Source: Phoronis australis (Eukaryota; Animalia; Phoronida). Taken from it: a stretch of DNA of 64,000 nucleotides. Below are positions 24,709-36,727 of this stretch, piece after piece (positions within the stretch are counted from its first letter, which is position 1; every line of letters starts with the position of its first letter). Position numbers and translations under genes: made by a program. Below the pieces are notes generated by a model that was not told where the DNA came from, made no database searches, and saw nothing but the letters and a program-made list of their open reading frames with translations. The DNA is taken from assembly GCA_002633005.1 (NCBI GenBank), contig NMRA01000062.1, forward strand, positions 419,981 to 483,980, read 5' to 3'.

Positions 24709-25452
24709 ATTTCTATAATATACCGTATTGCCGTATGTCATTTTGTTTACAAGCATAATTGTATAATAGCTTAAAATACCTCTGCTTGAAGACACTCTTT
24801 TTGTATCCTCCTTGAAAACATATTGCGAGTTTTTACACAAACAACTTCCATATAACTTTCAAAAAAAATTTATTTGGTATGATCACAACAGAAGCAACAG
24901 TTCAATCAGAAATTATCGTTCGCCAGATCTCTTAGTAAAGTTTATCTTACTTATCCCAGCTACAATCCTACAATGTATACTCAAGACTCCATTTTACAAA
25001 TCAACCACGCCTATTCACTGTTTACGTTTTCATGTTCCAAAATATTCACTGAAAATAAACTACTCTCTCCAGTTCTAGATAAGATAAAAACCCATTCACT
25101 TGCTGGATCTCATTATTACTTTGTTATTAATTTTGCCATTTTTTTCATGGAGAAATAATCATGCAAAACCATACCTCAGTCTTGTGACTTTTTGATTTCG
25201 GTCGTTTTTATGACGATCTCATATATATGAAAAAGTTGCGTGTGTGCGTGTAAGTGTCTTTATTACATTCATCTAAGCAGAAACCAGTTGCGGTTTCCAG
25301 ATAAGCTGAGCACAGCACAATAATAGTTTATGGCGTTCTGAAGCTGATTGTGTAATGCGCCATGGGTAGAAAAGTAACTATTTGCTTAGATAATGTTCAG
25401 CATCTTGCGCGGAATGCCAGTTAAATGACGAACATTTAAAAACTCTAAATCG

Positions 25453-26454
25453 TCATCTCCTGCTCAAACGGCACACTGAAGTTAATTGCTCACGCAGCGA
25501 ATGTAGAAAAATTTCATTCAAAGCCCCACGCAACTTCTTACATCCGGTTATACAAATGATTGGCTCCACTACACTGCACGCGAAAGCGAGAACGGTTGTG
25601 ATAATATAAGCCAAACGTCTTGCGGAACTTGTCATGTGTGAGCAACCAGTGATTACGCAGACGGCGTCCATGTTCATGACAATGATTAAGGGCGACCACA
25701 TGAGCAAAAACGTTATGCATATGAGGAGACAGGTTTTAGCTGCTCGTGTGTTGGCAAGTTGGGTACTGTCTGTGCCACTTGGTAAAACTGTGGAGCGGCT
25801 CTTCATTAGCTGCTGGGCCAGAAGCGAGTTGAAAGCGATAACAAAGACGATTGCGACTAGAAATATAACCATCAAACCTAGCAGCCACTCTTGGGTGATG
25901 AGATAGGTGCGAAAACAATACGCCTGAAAGACCGAGGCGCCTGCATGCCTACCGTCAAAGGTGGGTATCAATAAAACGAACACACAGATTCCCAGTACAC
26001 TTGCAGCACATATTGCAGCGCTAAATTTCTTGGAAATACACTTCTTGTAACGGTAGTTGAACCTAGAGAAACGAACATAACGGTCGAAGCTGAGTAACGC
26101 TGTTGAGCATGCCGGCAGAAGGGTTGTCAGTGTCTGTAGAAGGAGTATAACAACGCATGTGCCAGCTTTAATATCCGTTGGCGCACGGAGAAACTGGCGC
26201 GATGTTAAAACAGCCAGGGGACACGAGATACATCCGACGAGCAAGTGGCTGGCATTGACACACATGAGGAATGGGTTTCGTCTGAGATCAGTTCTAATTT
26301 TTTGCGCGATCAAAATGGCACCGTTGAGTAAGACCGTGATGATACCCAGAAGAAAAACAATTGTTGACAATAACAATGGATTTGTTTTCACGACGACGGA
26401 GTTTGTCGAGTTAAGGTCCAAAATCGTGGTATTGTTGCTCGCGTCCATTGGCAT
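25453..26454 (-). CDS. Intronless class A (rhodopsin-like) orphan GPCR, paralog 1 (chemoreceptor-like)
   Basis: Intact ORF with 7 hydrophobic segments, N-terminal N-glycosylation sequons (NTT, NST), TM1 Asn (LLNG), TM3 Cys and LSFDRY, ECL2 Cys, TM6 RAAKTC..FLLMWSP and helix-8 KKLR. The start is ATG 26454 or 26448; the ORF-track start is a TTG. Confidence 0.93.
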   Translation of the reverse strand: MPMDASNNTTILDLNSTNSVVVKTNPLLLSTIVFLLGIITVLLNGAILIAQKIRTDLRRNPFLMCVNASHLLVGCISCPLAVLTSRQFLRAPTDIKAGTCVVILLLQTLTTLLPACSTALLSFDRYVRFSRFNYRYKKCISKKFSAAICAASVLGICVFVLLIPTFDGRHAGASVFQAYCFRTYLITQEWLLGLMVIFLVAIVFVIAFNSLLAQQLMKSRSTVLPSGTDSTQLANTRAAKTCLLICITFLLMWSPLIIVMNMDAVCVITGCSHMTSSARRLAYIITTVLAFACSVVEPIICITGCKKLRGALNEIFLHSLREQLTSVCRLSRR

Positions 26455-26594
26455 TTGACCATCGAGCAATGTTGTTGATGCAACGACTACTGTTATGGCA
26501 ACGTTCTGTCGAATCTATCTCACCTCGTAAGCAGCTGCTACTTAATCATGTCGCCATTCCCGTGAGGTTTCGTCAACGTGTTGCAGAGAATGAA

Positions 26595-26850
26595 CAAATC
26601 TACGACGCTTCTGGTAGACACTCTAACTGAATGCAATTAGTTGATTGTTCTTTTCAGTTTACGGAAGACGTAATTGACGTAGTCATCATCTAATGAATGC
26701 ACTATGACAACGCGGGCTCTAGTACAATTACCTGTACAAATGCATGCATTGCATTTCTTCGGAGATACCCACGGGTAAATAAAGTTTACGTCTACTTCCG
26801 GAAAACCACTTTCAGAACTCTGACACCGTTCTGCTGAACGTTAAGATCAA
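26595..26850 (-). promoter_or_regulatory. Conserved upstream block of GPCR paralog 1 (putative promoter/5'UTR)
   Basis: Aligns with 57190-57460 (paralog 3) and partly with 35185-35335 (paralog 2). Includes an ETS-like TACTTCCG at 26793-26800. Confidence 0.55.
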
Positions 26851-27074
26851 CCTGGTGTGAGTTATCTTCTGCTAAACTTTATTTTGATCTCATCTTTAAG
26901 GTTGTGTAGGGCGCTGTAAAAATGGCCAAATTTGGCTGAATTCGGAGCATCATATCTTACAAACTGTTAATCGGATTATTGGAGACAAATAAAATAGCAC
27001 AAGAATAATAAATATTTTAGGATGTATTGGAACTTTCAGGGTCACAGCTCTACAAATAACTATTTCACAGAAGG

Positions 27075-27335
27075 TACCAGATGGGTACCTTAATTACAAG
27101 AGATAACACACCCATTTGTGATACCCTATATGTAATTAAGTATCGGATACTAAGAGGCACAGGGTAGTATAGCACCAAATGGGTACATAATACCAAATGG
27201 GTATTGGCCGATTGCCTACCAAGTGGGTCGAGCAAAACGGCAAATACAATAATACGTACCAAATGGGTACAAACTGCCAAATGGGTAAATATCATATAAA
27301 GTACCAAGTGGGTACACAAAACAGCCAACTGGGCT
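27075..27335. repeat. Degenerate short tandem repeat with ACCAAATGGGTA core
   Basis: CCAA(A/G)TGGGT recurs about every 18-40 bp; this produces the repeated THLV in ORF 27065-27565. Confidence 0.75.
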
Positions 27336-28019
27336 ATAACAGCCTGAAAAGCAGGTTCCGGACAAGCTGAGTGAGATGACCAGCCGGAGTGATAAAAAGA
27401 GATGTTGTAAGGAACGTGGTGTTGGGGGTCAGTTTGTGCCACATGGGCAGGGTTGTTCATGGATGCACAATCCTGTCCACCGCCACAGTTGAGCAACATA
27501 TCTGCTAATTCAAGGACAAAATGGAATGAAGTTTCATATGATATGAATTTTATATGAATTTTCATTCTGCTGTCGAGTACTTGGTGAGCAATTACACTAT
27601 TGACTTTTTTTGTCTGAAAACCAAGGTAATGAAGATCTGAACTCTGAATTGTATATAGCCAAGTTCGATATTTTTTTAAGTAATTGATAACGGGTAAATC
27701 TGCAGGACCTCATGGGATTTTTAGAGATTTTTATAAATTATCTGCTTAAGAGTTAAAAGTTTCACTGGTTAGGTTGTACGACCTCGTTATGGATATTGTT
27801 AACTATACTACCCAGTTATAATACCACGGTATTAAAGCGGCTCAGAAAACGGCCCAAACAACCATAGGTAATTTTTAAATTGCGGTAAAACCGTTTAAAC
27901 AATTGAGCGGAAGAGTAACGAACGGTGTCAGAAACCCAAGCAGGCTTTAGAAAAACATATTCCACCGCAGCTAATGCTTTTGTTTTGTACTCATTAATAA
28001 TTAAGTTTTTTGAGAGACA

Positions 28020-28310
28020 GGGGCATATTTTATTGTTTCTTTGTAGATTTTAAGAAATCCTCTGACCGAGTCTGAAGACGTGGCTCAATATGTAAGCTGT
28101 TGCGTTATAACATTGCAGGAGTTTAATCGTGCTTTTCATTGGACCAAGAGGCAGACGTAATTGTTATGTTGAATGTTTATTAAGAGTTCGTCATTGTTTA
28201 TCAATGATTTCGAGCATGGGTTACAAACTAGGTTTATCAGGGAGTCTTTTAGATATGTATTGTCTTCTGTTTGAAGACAACTTAGTAATACTTAGTTGCA
28301 AATACAGTAT
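28020..28310 (+). mobile_element. Decayed LINE RT fragment
   Basis: Frames give FVDFKKSSDRV*RRG..CKLLRYNIAG and CLLFEDNLVILS (cf. FVDFxKAFDxV and LLFADDLV). Confidence 0.65.
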
Positions 28311-28329
28311 TTAACTGTCAAATGTATAT

Positions 28330-28546
28330 CATGCGCGCACCCAGCCTAAAAATAGGGGGGTGGGCTCGAATTTTTGAGAATGTGGACCTTTTACTAAGAT
28401 TCACAGGGTAAATTCAAAGCTATGAATAGTGCATTAGTCGAATTTTGGTAGTTTCTGCCTTTTTAGTGGATTTTCTCTCTAGGAATTTTTGTTTTTCCGA
28501 GGTGGACCTCGTTCGAGCCCCCCCGACCCCCCTGGGTGTGCGCATG
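28330..28546. mobile_element. MITE with CATGCGC.CACCCAG TIRs
   Basis: CATGCGCGCACCCAG ... CTGGGTGTGCGCATG; related TIRs at 61282-61516. Confidence 0.75.
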
Positions 28547-28675
28547 GGCTTATAAATTATCTTGAAATATTCTATAAACAATAGTTTGGACCAGGGTTAC
28601 AGTCAAGGGGTACATATATTTTTTGGTGTAAGGTTAACTTTTCTGATTACACTTGTCCAGTTAAAAGTACACTGA

Positions 28676-28960
28676 ACCTGTTTTAGTGATTTAACCAATC
28701 CTCCGTTCGCCATGGCTAAAATACACCACTTGAGTGTTAAAAGCAGGATTCAACCGCAAACTCATACTTTCTTGTCCCAGATAAGATATTATGGTACTTG
28801 GTAGGTAGTCTTTTCCTACAACTGCCGTGTAACTCCCCTAAAGCGTGGGTCACGCTTCCCCGTTTAAAAGACTTAAAAGGAATTTTCAAATTTTGCTTGA
28901 AATATTTGAGGGTTTTCGAGGGTTACAGAACATTACTTACTGGATATATGGGAACGTCAT
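28676..28960 (-). repeat. Interspersed repeat family B copy (reverse)
   Basis: Reverse complement of 23772-24078 motifs (TGATTT.AACCAA.CCT.CGTTC, AGCAGGATTCAAC, ATTATGGT.CTTGGT, TTTTCAAATTTTGCT). Confidence 0.7.
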
Positions 28961-29089
28961 TTTTAATATCTGTTAATAGTCCCAAACCGGGTTCGGTATC
29001 CTTTTAACATTGGCGTTGTTTATAGATCACCTAGTACTCTTTTTATTAGTTATCGTGAGGCTGAGACGATAAGTGCCACGCTATGATTA

Positions 29090-29640
29090 TGGGCGACTTT
29101 AACGCTAGCACTAAGACAAACCCGTATAAAATTGAGTTCGACAATAAGAGTTATTCCTGTGAAGTCTGCGATTTTTCAATTTTCACCGAGTACTCTTAGG
29201 ATGATACTCGGGATCAGAGTGACTTAAACGTGTATGGTGCGGAATTACTGCAGAATGGTAAATGAAATTAGGATACCAAATGGTACGATGGGCAAAGGTG
29301 AGGGTGTTGGAGGGGTATTTTCATTACATGCAACGTCTGCAGTGTTGTTGACTATGTACTTGACTATGTACTTGCAAGCAAAGGTTTGCTATGTTACGTG
29401 AAGGAGTTTGAAATTAGTGACACTTGTGAAAGTAGCATTCATTGTTCAGTGTTATGGAGTTTATTATAAATTCATCATGAAGACAAGGGTCCTGAATGTC
29501 GCTCAAATATTACTTACAAATGGGGAAACGATTTTGAGAGAGTGTATGCAGAGCAGTGGAGTAGTGTAGATGTGATTGACAAAGTGAGAAAAAAATGATG
29601 AGGAATTAATTAAAGATGTTGAGTCAGCGATGAATAACTA
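29090..29640 (+). mobile_element. Decayed LINE APE-endonuclease fragment
   Basis: MIMGDFNAST and SVVDYVL motifs of the LINE apurinic endonuclease. Confidence 0.6.
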
Positions 29641-30204
29641 AATGAGTTTAATTAAACGTAGTGCAAATAGTACGGTGAAACGACAGCGACTTTTCCAGGG
29701 TCCTCAAAGCCATAAAAATTTATCTCAAGCACTGGTTGTTGTCAAATGTTCTATTGAATTGTCTCTCTTCTACATACTTTGCTGTCGTTCTTTCCTTGAT
29801 TGCTCTCGGTCCCACGTCTGTGCCAAGTGCCACGGTTTGACCCTGACGCATAAGAATCATTAGGGAGCCCCCCGCTTCCTACGACCCTGATTGTAACCAG
29901 GACCGGGAGCCTAGTTTACTGAAATAAACTATATACGTACATGTACGTAGGGTGGGGAAGGGGCATTATTTACTTTAGTTTTGTATAGACAAGTGAGGGC
30001 GTCTACCTGTTCAGCGAAATAGCTGTAAAGGTTTTATTATTATGGGATGGGTGGACGCCATTTTCTTTGTGCTTTGGAGGAAAGACATCAGCCTGAAAAT
30101 GTATGTGGATTGTGACGCTTACCGTATCATCAACTAAGCTGTAACGTAGGACCCGGCACGCAACACGGCCGTGTACCGTCCTTGGAATCACACGGCCCCA
30201 CTAC

Positions 30205-31205
30205 AATGTTTTGTTTATAGTACTTGTGACAACGTTTATATAAACTAGAGGGTATCATCAATTTAAAAATATCCCTGAGAAAAATTATCCGCACTTGAGA
30301 CAAAAACATTTGTGCTTATTAACCGTAGTGGAATTTGCTGAAGTATTTTTTTTTTCTGGGAAACGCGTTTTCCTGGTGTATTGTATTGTGCCTGCATTAA
30401 AAGCTTTTGATATGAATTTGAGTAGGCGAGAAGCTATCTACGATGACGGTAGTTTCGTTCAATAGATCAAAAGAAGAACAATACTTTCGTGAAGTTGAAA
30501 TACACGTTCTTTTATTTTATTGGCGTCGATGAGTTGAAAGCTTGTACGGCAGACGAATACCTGGCACTCTTGGATAATACGACACCAGAGTCTTGTAAGG
30601 ATCGACATGTCCACAAACAACGCAAATATCAGTTCTCAAACTCAAAAAATTTTCCAAGAATTTGCAGGTAGCAGAGGTTTCATGTTCATGTTAAATAAAA
30701 TTTTGAGATATGTTTTTCTTCGGCCATAGATGGTGAATTAAGCGTGCATTTTTGCATTATCTACCCAAAACCGGGGTTTGGCTTCTTAACAGACACCAAA
30801 AACGACTTTCCCATCCAATTCTCTAGTGACGCAAAATAATGTTCTGTAATCCCCGATAAACCTCAAGTTTGGAGGAAAATTTGAAAACTCCTTTCTAAGT
30901 ATGAGCTTTTGGTTGATTCCTCCTGTCATCGTTCAAGGTTGACTCCAATGACGCATTGGCATGTGACAGAACGAGAATTGGTTGAAATTATCAATACAGG
31001 GTTTCGTATCCTTTTAAACAATATGATTTTTAAATTGCCAAATGCGTGGAAAATTGAAATGCCAGAAAATGGCCAATCAAGAGGTGTAACGTACTGTAGA
31101 TTAAGTCGTCTCGAATAACTAACACATTTGATATATAAAAATGTGTTAAAGAATTGCGCAGGATGGTAATGAGTTATCACTTCATACAATAACGAAACTA
31201 CAAAA
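30205..31205 (-). repeat. Distal upstream block of GPCR paralog 1, paralogous (inverted) to 54895-55960
   Basis: Long colinear matches, e.g. TGTGCCTGCATTA.A.GCTTTTGATAT, TACGATGACG.TAGTTTCGTT.AAT.GATCAAAAGAA and TAATGAGTTATCACT.CATACAATAACGAAA.TACAA. Confidence 0.85.
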
Positions 31206-32189
31206 AGGTTTAACTTTAGTCCAAACTTTGACGAATTTTGAAAGTATTCGATTTAAAACCACCAGAAACATGTTTCCCATTAAAGTCCTTCTCTCACGCG
31301 TTGTTAACCCTTATTACATGGTTAGAAGATGTTATAAGGATCCAAGAAGTACCTACCCCATAACTAATAGACGATCCGTACTCGAAAACAGTTTAAATGA
31401 ACGCGCCACTCACGATTTACACCCGAAGAAACACCGCCATTTTGAACTTGCCGCGAACCCGGAAGTACAATTCATTCAGGAACCCAGGCCGAGAAAACGC
31501 CGTCAGTGCGACTGCAGCAGTGCCTGTACTGTTACCAGCCAGCAAACGGGATAAAAAAAATCGACAGCGCGCCTTAATTTTGATAAAATCAAACTACGGA
31601 CAATTTTATGGAATTTGCTGAAGAAATGTGGCGAATAGATTTTGACAGAAATTATTTTGCCAGACTCGGGACCGCAGGCTATCGGACCCGGTGCGGATCG
31701 AGACCAGACACTGGCGAACGGTAAATGCATGCGGTTGCAAGCTGTTTTGTCGAAGTAAAATGGTCAAATGATAAATGCTGCATATATTCAAGGGTACTTT
31801 CAGACACTTGCATGAAATTACGGGCTGGTTAGTCCTGTGTCACACTGCCGCGGCAGACTTTAGTTAGCCTCAGTCACCAGCTACCAGTGAAGACTATAGT
31901 CAAAATACAGCTTGTTAGTAGGCCTATACAGCTTTGCGCCAAGACTACCCTTAGGCCTAACTGGTCGCTGGCCACAAACACAAAAAACACGAAAATTGAA
32001 CAAAGTTTCTTTTTTGTAGCAACGTTTGTCAAAATGTATCAACGTTAAATCTTCACAAATTACAAAGTAGCCGATTGAACATGCCTTTCAGTTCAGCAAA
32101 AGTCGACATTGTAGGTGCCGCCAGAAATGAGACGAAGTCCAACGGGAATTGTGAGCACATTTATCACTTAATGAGTAACAACTGCGAGG

Positions 32190-32540
32190 CTGAAATTTGG
32201 TGAACACTGCTAAATCGTGCAGAATAGTAAGTAAAGATATGTCTAACTAAATTTCACCGTAATTTGTTGGCGAAAACAATTTACACAAAGTTTTAAACTC
32301 GTAACTCATCCCGCTGTCCTCCAATATGGCCGACGCGATCCAAACAAAGTGACCCAAATTTCGCCACAAAACTTGCAATAACTTTACAGTGCTTGCCCCG
32401 ATTTTGATACTTTTTCGATTTTTACTGAGTAGAATGTACTACCTTTGCGATGATAGCAAAGTACTTTTTCAAAACAAGGAAAAAATAAAACCGAAAAAAA
32501 TTGGTTCGACCCATATTGGTTCCTAGGTTCGACCCGCCTA
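32190..32540 (+). mobile_element. Non-autonomous DNA-transposon-like repeat; second copy at 63660-63970
   Basis: TTTTAAACTCGTAACT.AT..GCTGTC.TCCAA..TGGCCGAC.CGAT and CCACAAAA.TTGCAATAACTTT shared; both copies end near a GGTT.GACC..CCTA motif. Confidence 0.65.
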
Positions 32541-33089
32541 CGTAAGGAACTAAACACCAATGCTATTTTAACATACTAAGTACGCGTAACATTCCAAAAA
32601 AAATCAACGACCACTAACTACAAACTATAAATACACTACATATGCAAACGAATCACGATATATTACTAATAAAACAAAATAATGAAGACTTTTCGAGCAA
32701 GCCAAAGCACATTCAGTTACAAGGAAAAAATGGCGGCGTTCAGGACAAGTTCCTGAACTGATGAGCCGGAAATGTGGGTACGGAAATAACCGATGACAAC
32801 CGGTAATCATACGCTCAAAGAGAAGGGTCAAATACTGTTAAAAAATCGCTTTTGGCAAGAAAGGCGAAAACAATATAAAGAAAGGGTGTCGAAAATAAGA
32901 ATTTATGTAGTAAGTATTTTCGGATACTGGAACCACATGGGCAGTTTGCAAGAAGGACTTTAATGCGTACATGGAGGTTTCTGTTAAAATTGCTGTTGCT
33001 AAACTAACGTCGATATGAGAAAGTTGGAGTTTATTCGTTGGCGAAAGGGTCTCCCACCCGCCAGCCAACACATGCAGTCATGCGGGCAC

Positions 33090-33560
33090 TCTAACATCTT
33101 GTGCATCTTTGCACCAACTCTGATCTTCGTCCCAGTCTAAAAACGAGTTCTATGGGGAGTTGGGCTATACCAGCAGAGGGATTCCTATCACAGAGCAACT
33201 GTGATTTCAACGCCTGTGTTGGATCTGACCTCCACTCCTGTCCTAAGAGCATCAGACACTTTGGCATAGGCAAACTCAACAAGAATTGTCAGATGCTTCT
33301 ATAAGTTTGAGTTTTCTATAACCTCTGCCTTACCAACACTTTCTTTTCAACCAAGTCTGAACACAGAGTATCCTGGCGACATCCAAGTTCTCTCCACCGC
33401 TAGCAACTGGATCTTTTGTATCACTCGTACACCTGCTCTTAACTGCTTTGACATCACTCGCAGCTACCACAGTGACGACTGCGACACTGGTCCCTCAATG
33501 GTGAGTAGATTGGTGCGGCTTCAGCCTAAAGAAATCTACTACTCCAGGTAAAAAGGACAC
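33090..33560 (+). mobile_element. Decayed RTE-clade LINE endonuclease fragment
   Basis: DFNACVGSD..SCPKSIRHFGIGKLNKNCQMLL followed by LCLTNTFF..K..HRVSWRHP, characteristic of the RTE APE domain. Confidence 0.75.
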
Positions 33561-33915
33561 CCACGCGAGGTTGGTGATGAAAAATAACGGAGTCTTAGTT
33601 TCATTAAAAAATTAATAGATTTGGGAAAAGGGAACAATAATTGATGATTACGGATTGATTTTGAGCTATATGATTTACGCAGAAAGTTTTGCCAAAATTT
33701 ATTTTGCAACAGCGAGCTACGTATTTGCACTTTAGTCAGCAAAATACCTCAAGACGTTCAGACATGCCCATGGTGTCTGCACTGTAAACAAGACGACCGG
33801 AACTTGAGCTCTCTTCCCCTCGCACATTTTTAATATATTACCAGGAAGGCACATGGTTTATACACAATATTTCAACACAATCCAAGTAAACGTCGATCAT
33901 TTAAAAGTAATATAG

Positions 33916-34923
33916 TCATTTTCTGCTTAAACGGCACGCCAAAGTTGTGCAGTCACGCCAGGAATATAGAAAAATTTCCACCAAGGACTGACGCAGCTTC
34001 TTACTTCCAGTTATGCAAATGATTGGTTGCACCACACAGCACGCGAACGCGAGAGTGATGGTAATAATGTAGGACAAAATCCTTGAAGAACCTGTCATCT
34101 CTAAACAGCCAGTGATTTTACAGATGGCGTCCATATTAATGACGGTAAGAAAGGGCGACCACATGAGCAAAAACGTTATGCACATGAGGAGACAAGTTTT
34201 AGCTGCTCGTACGTTGGCAAGCTGGGTACTGTCTGTGCCACTTGGTAAAATTGTGAAACGCAACTTCAGTAGCTGTAGAGCCAGAAGCAAATTGAAAACG
34301 ATGACAGTGAGGAGCGCGACTAGAATTAGGGTCATCAAACCTAGCAGCCACTCATAGGTGATGAGGTAGGTACGGAAACAGTAAACCTCAGCGACCACGG
34401 CGCCTTTGTGTCTACCGTCAAAGGTGGGTATCAATAAAACGAACACACAGATTCCCAGAACACTTGCGGCACATACTGCTGCGCTGAATTTCTTGGAAAT
34501 ACACTTCTTGTAACGGTATTTGAAAGTAGAGAAACGAACATAACGATCGAAGCTGAGTAACGCCGTCGAGCATGCTGGCAGAAGGATTGTCAGTGTTTCA
34601 AGAAGGTGTATAAAAATGCACGTGCTAGCTGAAAAAGCCGTCGGAGCACGGAGAACCTGGCGCGGTAAGTAAATAGACAATGGGCACGAGATACATCCGA
34701 CGAGCAAGTGGCTGGCATTGACACAAAGGAGGAATGGATTTCGTCTGAGATCAGGCCTAATTTTCTGCGCAATCAAAACGGCGCCGTTGAGTATGGTTAT
34801 GCAGACAGCTAAAAGAAAAATGATTGCTGTCAATAGTTCTTGGTTTAATTTCAAGGAAGTATGTACCGAGACAGAGCTTGTCGAATTCTGGTCCAAAATC
34901 GTGGTATTGTTTCTCGCGTCCAT
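33916..34923 (-). CDS. Intronless class A orphan GPCR, paralog 2
   Basis: Intact 335-aa ORF from ATG, with 7 TM segments, LSFDRY, RAAKTC..WSP, CCVVQPIIC and KKLR. Clearly paralogous to the other two. Confidence 0.93.
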   Translation of the reverse strand: MDARNNTTILDQNSTSSVSVHTSLKLNQELLTAIIFLLAVCITILNGAVLIAQKIRPDLRRNPFLLCVNASHLLVGCISCPLSIYLPRQVLRAPTAFSASTCIFIHLLETLTILLPACSTALLSFDRYVRFSTFKYRYKKCISKKFSAAVCAASVLGICVFVLLIPTFDGRHKGAVVAEVYCFRTYLITYEWLLGLMTLILVALLTVIVFNLLLALQLLKLRFTILPSGTDSTQLANVRAAKTCLLMCITFLLMWSPFLTVINMDAICKITGCLEMTGSSRILSYIITITLAFACCVVQPIICITGSKKLRQSLVEIFLYSWRDCTTLACRLSRK

Positions 34924-35854
34924 TTGACACTCGTGTATCAGCGTTGTTGCTACAACCAGCGCTAGCTTATCTTTCTATCCAATCAGTCTCACCACGCTGA
35001 AGCTGCAGTTCCCCGGTCTCAACTCCTCTCTGTCTCTCTTGTCATATATATATACCCTCGACGAACGGCAGAGAACAAAAATAACTGCAAAACTGATTGG
35101 TCGACGGTGAGACTGTCGTTATCTGATTGTTTTATAAGTATACCGAACATGAAATTGATGCAGTCAACGATTAGTGTAAGTGTGCATTATGACAAAGTGG
35201 AACCTTGTACATTCACCCATAAGAACACATGCACATGCGCAGACATACGCATTGTCTGCTTTCAGTCTACTTCCGAACTGTATATCAACTTCCGGAACCC
35301 TGAAACAGATCTCTTGAACGTTAAGATCAACTTCACGAACAGTGGCGTGAGTTGCCATCCGAAAAAAGTGTTTTGCTCTGGATTGTAGATCTATGCAAGG
35401 TTTCAGAAGAATTTGATAACCACTTCACTAATACATGTATTATCCTTCAAACATAAAACAAAAACGGTTACATGTTTGAAGGTTATTCCTTAATACAGTG
35501 CTTTTCAAAAAAGTTGATTAAGGAAATGACAATCAAATGATAGGACTATGAATCACGCATGCAAAAATGGCACAGGGTGACCCGTTAGCAAAATTGCTTA
35601 AGGCATACTGAGCCCTACCATCGGCGGGCACTTTGGTAATTATGTTAACAGACTTGGCACATCCGTTTCAATCAGTGGCGAAGTCGAATGTTTTGATTTA
35701 GTTTTGAGACGAGTTTACCGTCTTAATCCGTCTATATCCACATCACCTCGTATACGGTCGATATCACCTCGCCGAGAGGTGTCGCGTTAACCTGTGAGGA
35801 AGGTGAGAAACGACTCAGCGACGTCAGTGGTTCTTCTGCAGAGTGAATATTGCT

Positions 35855-36160
35855 ATGAAGTGGTGTATCGTTCCCGCTTGTGCGAACTATGAAGCTACGA
35901 GGAAAGCGGGTATATTATATCGTTTTTGTCGATTTCCTAGAGAGCACACAATGCTTCGGAAATGGTTCGCGGTAGTGAAGAATGAAAGTACGCCGTAATA
36001 TCAATTAAGTTTGAGGCTGTGAAACTTCTCCGTGTCTGTGGCCGGCATTTCGTCTAAAGCGATTTCACTGACGATCGAATGCCGGCTTACCAAACACCTC
36101 GTGCCAGGGCAGAAAGAGACTGAGGTTGAAGTCACATGCTGTGCCTAGTCTGTTTGCGTT
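35855..36160 (+). pseudogene. THAP (C2CH zinc finger) domain pseudogene, probably a transposase N-terminus
   Basis: MKWCIVPAC...FCRFPRE..MLRKWF...LRVCGRHF..SDF...LRLKSHAVPSLF has all the THAP signatures (CxxxxC, FP, W, CxxHF, AVP), with stops and two frameshifts. Confidence 0.85.
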
Positions 36161-36306
36161 CGGGAGGCAAAACGACGCGGATCGGTTGTTGCTCAGTTTT
36201 TGATTATGGAGAATTGTAGCAGGCCATGAAAACATAAACAATTACAATTACAATTAATTCAAGGCATGAGGACATACCGTTTTATACAGCCTGTTTGATG
36301 ACTTAC

Positions 36307-36727
36307 TCGTTCGTCAAGCTTCTGTTTGGACCTCTGGGTGTAGGATGTTTTCGCCAGTTCTTTTTCCTAGTCTCAAAAACGTAGTAAGCAGACTTCTGTT
36401 TAGATGTGGTGCAAAATCAGGATGGTCCGTGAGACACATCTACGCTTCTCCAAGAAGGCGTTTCACTTGCGGGATTTCGTGGCAGCAAACGCAAGCGTCA
36501 GTTGTTTCCATTATCGTGCAGTTAGCACACTGACACCATGACAAATCATTCAAACGGTTTTCAGAACTATCCATATGTTCCGTTGTCTGTGCACGTTCAC
36601 GGTGCCTCTCTTGTATTTCTTGATCAGTGAATTCCGGTCCGAACTGATAGATTGTGAAACCTAAAGATCGACCTGTGAAGTGTTCGTCGGGTAAGCACTC
36701 GTCTAAGTCGGGATTGCGAGTTGCCAC
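36307..36727 (-). pseudogene. P2X7 C-terminal ballast/nanor-like Cys-rich domain (KolX-like) exon
   Basis: YQFGPE...NRLNDLSWCQCANCTIMETTDACVCCHEI...*MCLTDHPDF..HLNR matches the WCxCxxC..M...CxCCxE...C.T.H..F pattern. It has one internal stop and ends at a GTAAGT donor (36306-36301). Confidence 0.8.

Noticed and set aside
25538-26458. Overlapping and antisense ORFs inside the GPCR genes (also 34112-34927 and 57537-58607) that look conserved between loci
   Set aside because: They are shadows of the conserved GPCR codons, with no independent coding signal.
27065-27565. 166-aa ORF upstream of GPCR paralog 1
   Set aside because: Largely the translation of a short tandem repeat (THLV units).
31430-31470. 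Adjacent YY1-like (CGCCATTTT) and ETS (CCGGAAGT) motifs suggesting a housekeeping promoter
   Set aside because: No associated gene was found, and such motifs are common inside the transposon relics in this window.
32755-32800. CTGATGAG...GAAA resembling a hammerhead ribozyme core (also near 20720 and 10814)
   Set aside because: Stem II does not close with C-GAAA, and no stems I/III or cleavage triplet could be built.
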